Below, in pieces: positions 17,636 to 27,450 of a stretch of 52,044 nt of DNA. Numbering within the stretch: position 1 is the stretch's first letter; the number at the start of each line of letters is the position of its first letter. The stretch comes from a virus. Its lineage: Duplodnaviria; Caudoviricetes. The notes beneath the pieces were generated by a model. That model was not told the DNA's origin, did no database searches, and worked only from the letters and a program-made list of their open reading frames with translations. Location: IMG/VR virus record IMGVR_UViG_3300025282_000046, positions 1-52,044 of that record; one strand, 5' to 3'. The translations under genes and the position numbers were made by a program.

Positions 17636-18784
17636 CTAAATTTGCGAGAACCACTCAGGGCCACGCCTTTGTATATAGTTGGGGTTTCTTACTCGGGATC
17701 TATTTCCAGGAACAGTAACCGCTGATAGTCTATTTGCTGCCCATTGAGAACTAGAGTAAAGACTAGCAAGCCCCGATAAACCGTCAAGTAACGAGACGGG
17801 ATTAGTTGCTATTGCTTCTGCAAGTGAGGCTTCACCTGAAGCAATTAATTGTTCTACTTGTAAATCTCGTTGGGCATATTGTTGGTGACTCTGTTGTTCC
17901 ATCCCCGTCATAAACTTTCTGAATTCCGTTCGGGACGCACCAAGTTGGGAATCTAACTGTGCCTTCTTAGTCCAAAAATCACCTTCTGCTTGGGCTCCTT
18001 GAGCAAGTCCACTGGCTTCCATTTGTGCCATGGTTCCTTCAATTTGACCTCTTTGCATAAGACCCCCCGCTAGTGATTGATTTAACGCTATGCTTGTTTG
18101 TTGGGATTGATTCTGAAGTTCGGTTTGACGGGTAAAAAGATCCTGATCAAACTGTCTTTGATTTAAATCCCTCATTGACTGTTTTACATTCTCAGGCATA
18201 TTAGAGGAATCTAATTGCATATTCCTAGCCTGTAGTGCTGCGGCTCCACCTCTTGCTGCGGCTGAAGCCCGTTGTGTAGAGAAATCTTCAAAGTCGGCTT
18301 TTGATTGTTCCATTGCCCCAATCGCTTTATCCCCCCACTCTCCCATGGCCTGAGCACCTCGTTGGGTTACATCTTGAATCTTACTCATATAACCACCCTC
18401 ACCCATTAAACTATCGTAATAAGCATTCATGTTTTCGTCTTGACGAGTTTGGGTATCTTGTAAGGATTGCTCTGTAAGAGATTCTTTTTCTGCAATTTGA
18501 GACTGTTGCCGAGCGAAGTTTTGATCCGATCTATCTCTGTAGTCATACATACCTTGAAGGTTCTGCCGTTTTTGACTCAATGCCGCGTTATTAGCTTGTT
18601 GGGATCTCATCCAATCACTAATTACACTACGACCAAGAGCCTTATTCAAACCACCCTGTTGCGTGTAGATATTTTTTACAGTTGAACTTGGATCACTACC
18701 CATACTGGCATTGTCTAACCAATTCCAATCGTAATCTTGCCATTGGTATTTATCAGTTGTATTAGTAGGTGTTTCAAAGCCCAT
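17636..18784 (-). CDS. Putative DNA ejection/pilot protein
   Basis: Gln-rich helical protein directly after the tail nozzle-like gene. Confidence 0.5.
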   Translation of the reverse strand: MGFETPTNTTDKYQWQDYDWNWLDNASMGSDPSSTVKNIYTQQGGLNKALGRSVISDWMRSQQANNAALSQKRQNLQGMYDYRDRSDQNFARQQSQIAEKESLTEQSLQDTQTRQDENMNAYYDSLMGEGGYMSKIQDVTQRGAQAMGEWGDKAIGAMEQSKADFEDFSTQRASAAARGGAAALQARNMQLDSSNMPENVKQSMRDLNQRQFDQDLFTRQTELQNQSQQTSIALNQSLAGGLMQRGQIEGTMAQMEASGLAQGAQAEGDFWTKKAQLDSQLGASRTEFRKFMTGMEQQSHQQYAQRDLQVEQLIASGEASLAEAIATNPVSLLDGLSGLASLYSSSQWAANRLSAVTVPGNRSRVRNPNYIQRRGPEWFSQI

Positions 18785-21700
18785 TATGTAGGTCGCTCCG
18801 TTCTAAAGGTAGGTACAATCTTACCTTCAATAATAGCCGACAACAATCTAAAATCAAGGTCGGGACAAAAAACTTCTATTCCGGGAGATGTAGCCATTCC
18901 CCTGAACCCGTGAGTCTCAATACCCGCCCAATATGTAGACTCGCCCTCCTCGATAGATCTTATATGAGCACCACTCAAATCCACAGGTATAGCAGAAGCC
19001 GATTCCGTCTCGGAGTCCCCCTCAAACACCAACCCTCGATAGAAGCAATCCTTAGTATCTACAGAATCAGTAAATGCTGTACCACCCACCGTGCTAAAAT
19101 AAGTACCTATAGAGTCTATAGTTCTAGCAATGTGTAAACCTGTTGGAGCGGGGGATTGGGGGTCTACGGGGTCATTGTATCCTAGGAGGGAACCATTCCA
19201 TTTCATATAAACAGGAGAGATTCCAATCCTATCACCCGCGGATAAAGTAAATCCCGAAGATGCATTTATGTAAGTAATAATCGCCCCACTTATAGATTTA
19301 ATTTGTACCTTCTCTCCAATGCGAGATTCATTAGCAACATCTGCAACACCTATAATATAAACATAAGCACCCACCCAATTAGCATTCGTAGTCCGAAGCA
19401 AGGGAACAACACCTTGATGACCTGTAGTAACAGTATCAACAGTTATTGTTTTAGCACCCCCATCAAAAGCTGAAACTCTAAACCTAGTATCCGCGGCTCC
19501 GTCTAATAATGTAATTCTTTGTTGTCCATTAAAATCTGAAGACCCGGAGCTGGAAATAAGATTCTCGCGTTTGGTATCCATTACCCAAAGTTTAGGGCTA
19601 AAGTCAGAGTTGGTAGATCCAAGGGTCGGTTGATTTTGTACAAAGAAAGCCCTCTCAGTTAAATCACTATCGGCATCTGATAAATCACTTGGCCAAGGTC
19701 CAGTTACCACTTCATCAAAAGGCATATCATAAAGTTCGGAAGCAGAAGCGGTATTCATCCACATTAGAGCAGCCTCTTTCTTAGCCTTATTCATGATGAA
19801 AAGAACTGATCCTTGAGAATCATAACCCATACTAAGAGAAGCAAAATTACTTCTCCAGTCTTCAATAATACCATCAAGAGCGTGGAGACTATCTAACCTG
19901 GCTTGGGCATCAACACTCTTTACACCCTTATCATTTATATAATAAGTAAATGGTCCAACGGTTTGGATCGCTTTACGATTTACAATTCCAAATCCTTCGT
20001 GTATAGGTAAAACTTTCATATAAGAATTTACACCCGTAAACTCTCTAGAAATATGCATTATGACATTCTGTGCAAAACCCAGTACTACACCCCCACTCCT
20101 GACAAACCTTATTACTTGGTTAGCGATTTTAGAAGGTACATGATAATTCTCTGGAGGGAAAAGTTCCGCACTGGCTTCAGCCATAGACGACCATCGGAAT
20201 TCTCCTAGACCCCTATATATATCGAATGAACCTTCTTCGCCTTCTGCACCCTTAGTAGGACCACCCTCGATATCGGAAGAAAGCAAGATACCATCGAATT
20301 CTATACCCGTACCCGCATAAGGCATGTCCTCATCAAAGATTGAACGATCTATGTAAGGGTCTTGATAAATCAATGCTAAGTCTTCAAGACGGAAATAATA
20401 GATTGCTCTCTTATGATCACCCGTTAAACCTGTTTGATCTGTAGTGACATAATCAAGAAGAGTAATAATCTTATCTAACTGTACAATAGATGCCGAGTAA
20501 GAACCACCCGCACCTTCTGTTCGAACAGATCTATAAATACGTGCCCTACTAAATTTAGAACTGTCATAAATAATTTCAATTCCTACATTTCCCGGATCAA
20601 AATTACCTGCACCAGACATACCCGTTGCGACAATATCAGTATCCGTAGTAACAACAACAATATCTACATTGCCCTCAGTTGTACCCCTAGTGTGAATAAG
20701 ATCGCAAGTCGCACTAGAAGAGTTAGAAGAGGTAATATCTAAATCCTCATTCGTATTTGCCAAGTTAACCGTGGCGTGGAATAACGCAGCAATCCCCTCA
20801 GTAGTTGTTTCCCCGTCAATGTACACCGTGTAGTTTGTACTATCTACTTTTACACCCACCCCTGATGTGGTTTCATCTATAGAAAATTTAACCGCGTTCG
20901 TCCCATCACTTATAGTTACATAATCACCCGTATAATCTTCATGAGTACCATTATTAAATGTAACAGTACCCTCTGCTTTGGTTACAAGGTGCTCTGTTTT
21001 AACTTGTGCAAGTTTTGATAGACTTGTTTTCCTACCCGTATCGGGGTCTGTCAGCACATAACCAACCGCGTAGTTTCCCGCTTTTAAGTTTGCTACATCA
21101 TCCATGTCTGTTGGTGTAGAATCCCAATGAGTACCCACCGAAGATCCAGTAAACACTTGAGCGAAACCGGGTACGCCCGTAGCAGGATCACCCAGACTAC
21201 CTATTGTTGTTGAACCCACCCCATTAGGAGCAATAATTTCGCATTGTTTACCGGGTCCAGTGTCTGTTTCAAGAACAGCCTTATAAGTAAGCCCTATAAC
21301 ACCCGTACCTCCTGAGAAGTTAGATTTAGTAAATGCTACAGTTGCATCAGTTTCAGTTAGAGTTGTAATCGTGTTACCCGCAGAACCTACAATCGCTTGA
21401 GTAATTGTAGTTTTATGTGCATTCGGGCCCGTCCCGACTGCTGCTATAAGAAAACTAGATGCGTCTACACAAGTAGCAAAGTTAGACGCTGTTGTATCAT
21501 TATTTGTTTCGACTTTAAAGGTTCCAAAATTACCTGCGGGTGTAAAGTTTACCCCTGTACCACCAAACGCATATGCGGTATATGTAAGACCCGCAGTTGA
21601 GATCATTTTAAATTTATCACCCGTTACTCCCGATGCTAATGCCGTAACGGTCATACCTATATTACTATCATTATCCGTATAAACAGGAGTAACATTTCCA

Positions 21701-22551
21701 TCTGCACCGGGAACATCTTGTGTAATACTAACGTTTGCGGTTGAGGATGTAGATGTTAATTCCGGGTGTGAGTCTAACAAAGTAGCCAAGTTAGTAGCCG
21801 TGTTATCATTAGAACCTGTATCTACAGCAAAGGTTCCCACATTTGAAGACGCTAAACTTGAGGTGGTAGAAGCATGAGCAGTACAAAAAATCGTTGTGCC
21901 CTGAGTAGTTACGATACTAACTGTATCCGGAGTGACCAATAAAAGATTAGTCCCGTTAGTAATAGTTACAGCACTTGAGTGGGTGGCCTGAACCCCCACT
22001 GTCGAATTAGAATAATCACTAACGGTAAATTGGCAAGTGGCAGCCGCTGTTGCCGAGTAATTTACATAGAACAAGATGGGTTGTTCACCTTTTACAAAAA
22101 TATAAATATACCTGCCGAATACGGTTACATCCATAGGCTTGGATGCAGTCCCCGTTGTCGCATTCCATATGTTGTATCCATATGTCCAACCCTCCCCCTC
22201 GATATAATAATCTAAGAAGATGTCCCCTTTAGTGGTATCCCCCCCAGCACCTGAATCTTGTTTGGCTCTATAAACGAACCCATACCCATAAAATTCAGTC
22301 CCAATCCTGAAAGAAACAGGAAACACGTCTATAACCTCAGAAGCATCCCCATGATCAGTTTCACTGGAAAGGGTCGCAAAAGTATGCACATTAGTAAATC
22401 CCGGAAAGGGTCTCAATCCACCCTTCACAGAGAAGTCAACCCCCACTGTTTCAAAGGAGAACTCTTTAGGGGTAAATGTCTTCTTACCCTGCTTGTTCTC
22501 GGAGGTAGAGAGGAGAGGGTAGTTCCAGACCATATTTCGTTCGTTTGCCAT
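18784..22551 (-). CDS. Tail nozzle/stabilisation-like protein with three inserted Thr/Gly-rich repeat domains
   Basis: N-terminal 'GGLRPFPGF', propeller-like 'FRWS...PENY', 'GFGIVNRKAI...YYINDKGV'; repeats 'F.V.T..ND.TA.N.A...ITQ...G..GN'. Confidence 0.6.
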   Translation of the reverse strand: MANERNMVWNYPLLSTSENKQGKKTFTPKEFSFETVGVDFSVKGGLRPFPGFTNVHTFATLSSETDHGDASEVIDVFPVSFRIGTEFYGYGFVYRAKQDSGAGGDTTKGDIFLDYYIEGEGWTYGYNIWNATTGTASKPMDVTVFGRYIYIFVKGEQPILFYVNYSATAAATCQFTVSDYSNSTVGVQATHSSAVTITNGTNLLLVTPDTVSIVTTQGTTIFCTAHASTTSSLASSNVGTFAVDTGSNDNTATNLATLLDSHPELTSTSSTANVSITQDVPGADGNVTPVYTDNDSNIGMTVTALASGVTGDKFKMISTAGLTYTAYAFGGTGVNFTPAGNFGTFKVETNNDTTASNFATCVDASSFLIAAVGTGPNAHKTTITQAIVGSAGNTITTLTETDATVAFTKSNFSGGTGVIGLTYKAVLETDTGPGKQCEIIAPNGVGSTTIGSLGDPATGVPGFAQVFTGSSVGTHWDSTPTDMDDVANLKAGNYAVGYVLTDPDTGRKTSLSKLAQVKTEHLVTKAEGTVTFNNGTHEDYTGDYVTISDGTNAVKFSIDETTSGVGVKVDSTNYTVYIDGETTTEGIAALFHATVNLANTNEDLDITSSNSSSATCDLIHTRGTTEGNVDIVVVTTDTDIVATGMSGAGNFDPGNVGIEIIYDSSKFSRARIYRSVRTEGAGGSYSASIVQLDKIITLLDYVTTDQTGLTGDHKRAIYYFRLEDLALIYQDPYIDRSIFDEDMPYAGTGIEFDGILLSSDIEGGPTKGAEGEEGSFDIYRGLGEFRWSSMAEASAELFPPENYHVPSKIANQVIRFVRSGGVVLGFAQNVIMHISREFTGVNSYMKVLPIHEGFGIVNRKAIQTVGPFTYYINDKGVKSVDAQARLDSLHALDGIIEDWRSNFASLSMGYDSQGSVLFIMNKAKKEAALMWMNTASASELYDMPFDEVVTGPWPSDLSDADSDLTERAFFVQNQPTLGSTNSDFSPKLWVMDTKRENLISSSGSSDFNGQQRITLLDGAADTRFRVSAFDGGAKTITVDTVTTGHQGVVPLLRTTNANWVGAYVYIIGVADVANESRIGEKVQIKSISGAIITYINASSGFTLSAGDRIGISPVYMKWNGSLLGYNDPVDPQSPAPTGLHIARTIDSIGTYFSTVGGTAFTDSVDTKDCFYRGLVFEGDSETESASAIPVDLSGAHIRSIEEGESTYWAGIETHGFRGMATSPGIEVFCPDLDFRLLSAIIEGKIVPTFRTERPT

Positions 22552-22568
22552 TTAATTGTATCCTAACT

Positions 22569-23342
22569 TCAAATTATACACTTAGAAACCATTACTTCCA
22601 ATCCTCTACGGATAGGTTCTACATTAATATAAGGGGCATTATCAAGCATGAAATCTTTAATGTTGGATATATCCTCTTTTAAATTGTTAGATAAACCGTA
22701 ATCTTGTAGTATCCCTTCAATCTTATGACTATTAGACTTCAAAGCCACAAATGGTTTTTTGAGCATCATAGAGAATACCACCCCATGATATCTACCCGTA
22801 ACCACAAAAGAAGCCCGTGAGAAAATATCAAATATTTCTCTCGAATGGTAATCTGTCAATTTGATATACTTCTTGGGGCCGTTATAAGAATTGTAGGATT
22901 CTATTACCTGTTTATCTTTATTCCTCATAACACTATCTACAAACAACACATATTCACTTATAGGGGCAGATCGAACATCCACATAAAAGCAAGGATCATG
23001 TACAAAAGGATACTTCCCGCCCCCACTCATACTCTCTCTACTAGAAATATAGTCAAATACAGAGAGGTCAAAAGAAACACTATCAATAACTGAGTTTATT
23101 AAACAGACCCTTTTACCTGCCCGTTTAGATTTTAAGGCGGTTTCATATAATGCCTTACTGGCTTTAGTATCGTGGTGGAATGTACCCTCTCCATTTATAA
23201 CTATCAAGTCATGTTTCTCGGGATTTCCATATCTAGAAGTCCACACCTTCCCGTGCCTAGAGAATAATTTCTTCAAAACTTGAGTGGTTAATCTACTTCC
23301 TATATGGTAACTAGAGCAATCATTTGAAATTAAAATACTCAT
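22569..23342 (-). CDS. Polysaccharide pyruvyl transferase family protein
   Basis: 'HIGSRL', 'INGEGTFHH', 'SRESMS', 'VVTGRYHG...PF.AL.SNSHKIEG'. Confidence 0.75.
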   Translation of the reverse strand: MSILISNDCSSYHIGSRLTTQVLKKLFSRHGKVWTSRYGNPEKHDLIVINGEGTFHHDTKASKALYETALKSKRAGKRVCLINSVIDSVSFDLSVFDYISSRESMSGGGKYPFVHDPCFYVDVRSAPISEYVLFVDSVMRNKDKQVIESYNSYNGPKKYIKLTDYHSREIFDIFSRASFVVTGRYHGVVFSMMLKKPFVALKSNSHKIEGILQDYGLSNNLKEDISNIKDFMLDNAPYINVEPIRRGLEVMVSKCII

Positions 23343-24394
23343 TTTTTTTCTTTAGGATAATTCGAAGAATTAGATTCGTACCAACCCCTAGTATTTTCTA
23401 CCTCGGGAATAGTGCTTCTCCGTACAGCCTGTTCGTAGGACATATAAGGATACAATTCTAGTTTAGAGTGGGGGTTGCAATTGTAAATCTTGAATCCCGC
23501 TTTATCGAAACCGGGTTGTAATTGTTTTAAAGCCGAGGTCATCCACCCGTACATTTTATTGTTCATTTCTCTATATTTCAGAGAACGGTTTTCTTCCCAC
23601 GCATATGCCTCTTCTTCCATAGGCATCTCCCAATCACACCCTAAGAGATAGACCTCTTGGAACCCCAAATAATACAGGAGTCGTAAAGCCCCAAACATGG
23701 TAACCTTATAACCCTTTTCGGTTTCCCCTTCTATCTTGCCACCCCAATTCACAGAGTTTTCGGTGAACCACGTTTCAGGGTCAAATTTTGTATTGTTAGA
23801 GACATACCAACAGTTAGGGGCCTCTGTCGTATTAAACCTTAAGTCTTTAATCTCATCCCCCACTCTATGATTTAGATTCTGGTCTTTGTTTTGCCACGGT
23901 ACAAATTTGATGATTGAAGGATCCATCCACCCGTAGTTATAGAACCTTCCGGGGGAATCAAACCCCACCCAAAAATCAGGCTTGACTAATCCCCACGAAT
24001 TATTAATACACATGCTCATGACACCCCTGTTATCCATGAGCGATAGATTAGCGTCTTTGAGCGATAGACCGCCACACACAAGAAAAATCCTAGCACCCTT
24101 ATACCTATTTTCCCACGAAAAACCTTTCTCGTTTACATCCCACATGAGCATCTCAGACTTGTCGGGATTCCAACTAGAAGAAACAATACTTGGAGTGGGG
24201 GTCGATAGACTCTCGATGTGTGTTGCAAGAGCCAAAAGAGTACCATTAATTTCTCTCATGCCCTCTTCGAATTTTAATTCTAAATCTATGACCCTTTGAA
24301 TCGCTGCGGTTTCATATGGATTCTGTGGGGGGGGTGGAAGAGAAGGGTCTCTTTTTACAGGGAATTCGTTCTTCTGTGCTTGATGTATCGGCAT
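23339..24394 (-). CDS. Maf/DUF115 (GT29/GT42-like) glycosyltransferase-type protein
   Basis: 'IFLVCGGLSL', 'MCINNS...PDFWV..D', 'LYYLGFQEVYLLGCD', 'KIYNCNP.SKL..YP'. Confidence 0.65.
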   Translation of the reverse strand: MPIHQAQKNEFPVKRDPSLPPPPQNPYETAAIQRVIDLELKFEEGMREINGTLLALATHIESLSTPTPSIVSSSWNPDKSEMLMWDVNEKGFSWENRYKGARIFLVCGGLSLKDANLSLMDNRGVMSMCINNSWGLVKPDFWVGFDSPGRFYNYGWMDPSIIKFVPWQNKDQNLNHRVGDEIKDLRFNTTEAPNCWYVSNNTKFDPETWFTENSVNWGGKIEGETEKGYKVTMFGALRLLYYLGFQEVYLLGCDWEMPMEEEAYAWEENRSLKYREMNNKMYGWMTSALKQLQPGFDKAGFKIYNCNPHSKLELYPYMSYEQAVRRSTIPEVENTRGWYESNSSNYPKEKK

Positions 24395-24403
24395 ACTTTT
24401 TCC

Positions 24404-26830
24404 TTATTCTATGCAACATGAATCTATAGTGTAGTCTGTAACAGTAACATATTGATGGCTTGAACTTACGTTTGAATCAAAATCCCAAACTTGGGAGGCA
24501 TCATTTGGCCCTTTATACCCCTCGAAATAATTTTCAAATACATCTTCCATACGAGAGGAACAAAATATACCCGGTACGTTTGTTCCGTCATCTGTAGCAC
24601 CATAACAATTCCACGGAACCCAATCTCCTGTACCAACAGGAGATGTCGAGTTTGTTCCGTCTAACCAATGATAAAGATTAAATATTTCGGTTTCACCTAC
24701 GCCTTGATCACCACCTGCAGTAGCATTCCAAGGTGCAGAGTTATAACCCGCATCATCCTCCGACATGTCTACTTTCATTTGTAATTGAGTATTAACATGT
24801 TCTTGTCTGGTATGCCATGCTGCATCATTTCCCCCATTAACACCTAATCCCTCAGTTTCCCAACCATCGGGTACTTCCCACCAACCTCCCTCGCTAATAG
24901 GTTTAATAACATTCCACATATTTAATATCATCACCTTAATTTCTGTATCTATTGGGGGAGTAATTCCTAACACGGCCAATTCGTCTTTTGCGGCTTTACA
25001 AATTTTATTGCCGTTCATAACCAGATGAGGAAAGGGTTTACTGCTTGTTCCTGCAACAGCATCTCGTGATGTGTTTGGACATCCTGCACCTCCCCATTGT
25101 AATTCTGGAGCAACATATACCTCCCCCACTCCATAATCCTCTGATGTGTATTCCCCTGATGTTAGCACACCTAATATGTCATAGTCAGTTCTTTTCAACC
25201 AACCAACACCAACAGGAAGTACAATTGATGGATCGAAAAACTCTTGGTCTAAAACGTCCATATATCTATAGTTTAGGGATTCCCAATACCCTTCATTCTT
25301 AGCATCCGATCTACGCTTCCCCTCGCTGTAACACCAAGAGGCATCACAACCACAAAAAGAACTATTTGGTCTTACCATTACCGTACCGTCTTTTTCTAGA
25401 CCAGCACCACCACGCATCAATATGGGCCATACGTGATTCCCGAGTTCGTCATCACAACAACCACCATAACAACTGGGACAATCAAAGTTTGACGAGTCTA
25501 TATTGTCAAATTGAGAATCACAGTTCCAATTGGAACAATTAAGATTAGGAAATCTAGTTTCTCCTTCATATGGAACGGATACCGTTCCGTCGTGACAAGT
25601 TCCGTCACCTAATAAAGAGATCATTAAATCTTCCGGCATGCAATTGCAATCGCAATCTCTTTCCATATTATTTCCAAATTCATCATTACCACACGTTGCT
25701 TGACCGGGACAATCATGGGTACAACCATAATCATTACATTCATCGCAACTGCAATAGTTAGTGTATCCGTCTGCGTCCCATCCCGCCCAACCTCTTGATT
25801 CCCCAACTATAAATATACCCTGAGAATTTACTTTCTTAAGAGTTGCTTGATGAGCTTGTGGGTGATCTGTAACATTTAAAAGTGCATGTGCTGCTATCCT
25901 ATTATTATCACATGCGGTGCAACCACAAATCCCATTCCCATCTAATCGATTTGTAGTGAGACCCCAATTACCGATTCCCTTTTTGTAAGCACCCATTGAC
26001 TCACACTCTGCCACAGTAAAATCTGTTGCTACATTACTTGCTAACATACCACCACCACTTCCACTATCAGGAATATAACCACCGTCTAGATAATAATTTT
26101 TTCCGTCCGTGTGTGTGTAATAAATCATGTAACCCCAACTTTTACCTGATACATGAAATCCGGTTGCTGTTGGATATGTAGGGTCTGGGAAAGAAATCCA
26201 CGCATCCGATCCGGGTGTAGCACTGGCCTCTATACAACAATTACATGGGCCCATACCCGAACCCGAGGGTCCCGTATCTCCAATTGGTCCAGTTTCGGTA
26301 CCTGTATCACCCCGCTCACCTTGTGGACCCTGAGGTCCAGTTTTGGTACCTGTATCCCCCACAGTACCCTTTGGACCAGTACAACCTATTTTGTCACAAT
26401 CTTCACCTGTTAAACCATCTATACCTTTTGGTCCCGGGGGTCCTATTACTAAAGAAGTGGGTCCGGTATCACCTTGCTCACCTTTCGGTCCCTGGGGTCC
26501 AGTAAATCCCGGACCCGAACTAAGACCTGTATCACCCTGTGGTCCTATTTCTCCCAAGGGTCCCGTTACACCTTGGGGTCCCGTAATGGCTTCTTCATCT
26601 GGTATACCAATGACTTCAACCGTATCTTCTCCTATAGTATGTTCTATTACAGTATTAGCAAAAGTAACGGCTTGAGGGGGCAATTGTTGGTACCTTTGAA
26701 AAGGTAAACCATACCAACCTCTCAAAGGAGATTCTTCTAACCTACGAATAGCAAATCCGTGTTGTAATTCTTGGAGCGGATTACTCGACCAACTATGGTC
26801 AATCATCAATCGTTCAAGAAAATTACTCAT
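24404..26830 (-). CDS. Collagen-like fibre protein with Cys-rich C-terminal region
   Basis: Gly-X-Y run at about 26260-26585; LNR/Notch-like 'DCDCNCMP...LGDGTCHDG...NLNC'; start at ATG 26830 (ATGA overlap). Confidence 0.7.
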   Translation of the reverse strand: MSNFLERLMIDHSWSSNPLQELQHGFAIRRLEESPLRGWYGLPFQRYQQLPPQAVTFANTVIEHTIGEDTVEVIGIPDEEAITGPQGVTGPLGEIGPQGDTGLSSGPGFTGPQGPKGEQGDTGPTSLVIGPPGPKGIDGLTGEDCDKIGCTGPKGTVGDTGTKTGPQGPQGERGDTGTETGPIGDTGPSGSGMGPCNCCIEASATPGSDAWISFPDPTYPTATGFHVSGKSWGYMIYYTHTDGKNYYLDGGYIPDSGSGGGMLASNVATDFTVAECESMGAYKKGIGNWGLTTNRLDGNGICGCTACDNNRIAAHALLNVTDHPQAHQATLKKVNSQGIFIVGESRGWAGWDADGYTNYCSCDECNDYGCTHDCPGQATCGNDEFGNNMERDCDCNCMPEDLMISLLGDGTCHDGTVSVPYEGETRFPNLNCSNWNCDSQFDNIDSSNFDCPSCYGGCCDDELGNHVWPILMRGGAGLEKDGTVMVRPNSSFCGCDASWCYSEGKRRSDAKNEGYWESLNYRYMDVLDQEFFDPSIVLPVGVGWLKRTDYDILGVLTSGEYTSEDYGVGEVYVAPELQWGGAGCPNTSRDAVAGTSSKPFPHLVMNGNKICKAAKDELAVLGITPPIDTEIKVMILNMWNVIKPISEGGWWEVPDGWETEGLGVNGGNDAAWHTRQEHVNTQLQMKVDMSEDDAGYNSAPWNATAGGDQGVGETEIFNLYHWLDGTNSTSPVGTGDWVPWNCYGATDDGTNVPGIFCSSRMEDVFENYFEGYKGPNDASQVWDFDSNVSSSHQYVTVTDYTIDSCCIE

Positions 26831-27450
26831 GAAATTATACCCGTGCAATATGGAATAACTCCCCCTACTGGTCCTACAGGTCCTTCAGGTCCCTTGGGTC
26901 CCGGAGGTCCTAGATCACCTTGGTCCCCTTTCTCGCCTTCCGGTCCCGGAGGTCCATCATTCCCTTGGGGACCCTGGTCTCCTTGTGCACCCTGGTCTCC
27001 TTGATTACCTTGATCACCTGGGGGTCCCATAGGACCATCATCACCAACAGGTCCTATAGGACCCTGTTCACCTTGATCACCCTCGGGCCCAACTGTTCCT
27101 ATGTCCCCGTCTATTCCCGTTAAACCTATCGGGCCCGAAGGACCAATAGCACCGGGGAGTCCGGGAGCATTAGGTAAATAAGTTTCCGAAGTGAATGAGC
27201 CCATGGTGTGCATAGTTACAGGAGTCATCAGCACCGTTCGGTTTGTAGCGGGGGAAGGAAATTGTAACCCCTCCGCTATACCCTCATTAACTAGAGGGAA
27301 GCCCCCCCACTCATTAGTGGTGGCGAATCCTTTATTAAGTCTCTTTAATTCTTCGTCGGTCCAAACGGGATTGATACCTAAATCACTAATGAATTTGGCT
27401 AATTGTTGTCCTGCGGACGGACTAGGACTACCTAATGCCATAGAGACCAC
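26827..27450 (-). CDS. Short collagen-like fibre protein
   Basis: About 33 contiguous Gly-X-Y triplets; N-terminus similar to the next gene. Confidence 0.75.
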   Translation of the reverse strand: MVSMALGSPSPSAGQQLAKFISDLGINPVWTDEELKRLNKGFATTNEWGGFPLVNEGIAEGLQFPSPATNRTVLMTPVTMHTMGSFTSETYLPNAPGLPGAIGPSGPIGLTGIDGDIGTVGPEGDQGEQGPIGPVGDDGPMGPPGDQGNQGDQGAQGDQGPQGNDGPPGPEGEKGDQGDLGPPGPKGPEGPVGPVGGVIPYCTGIIS

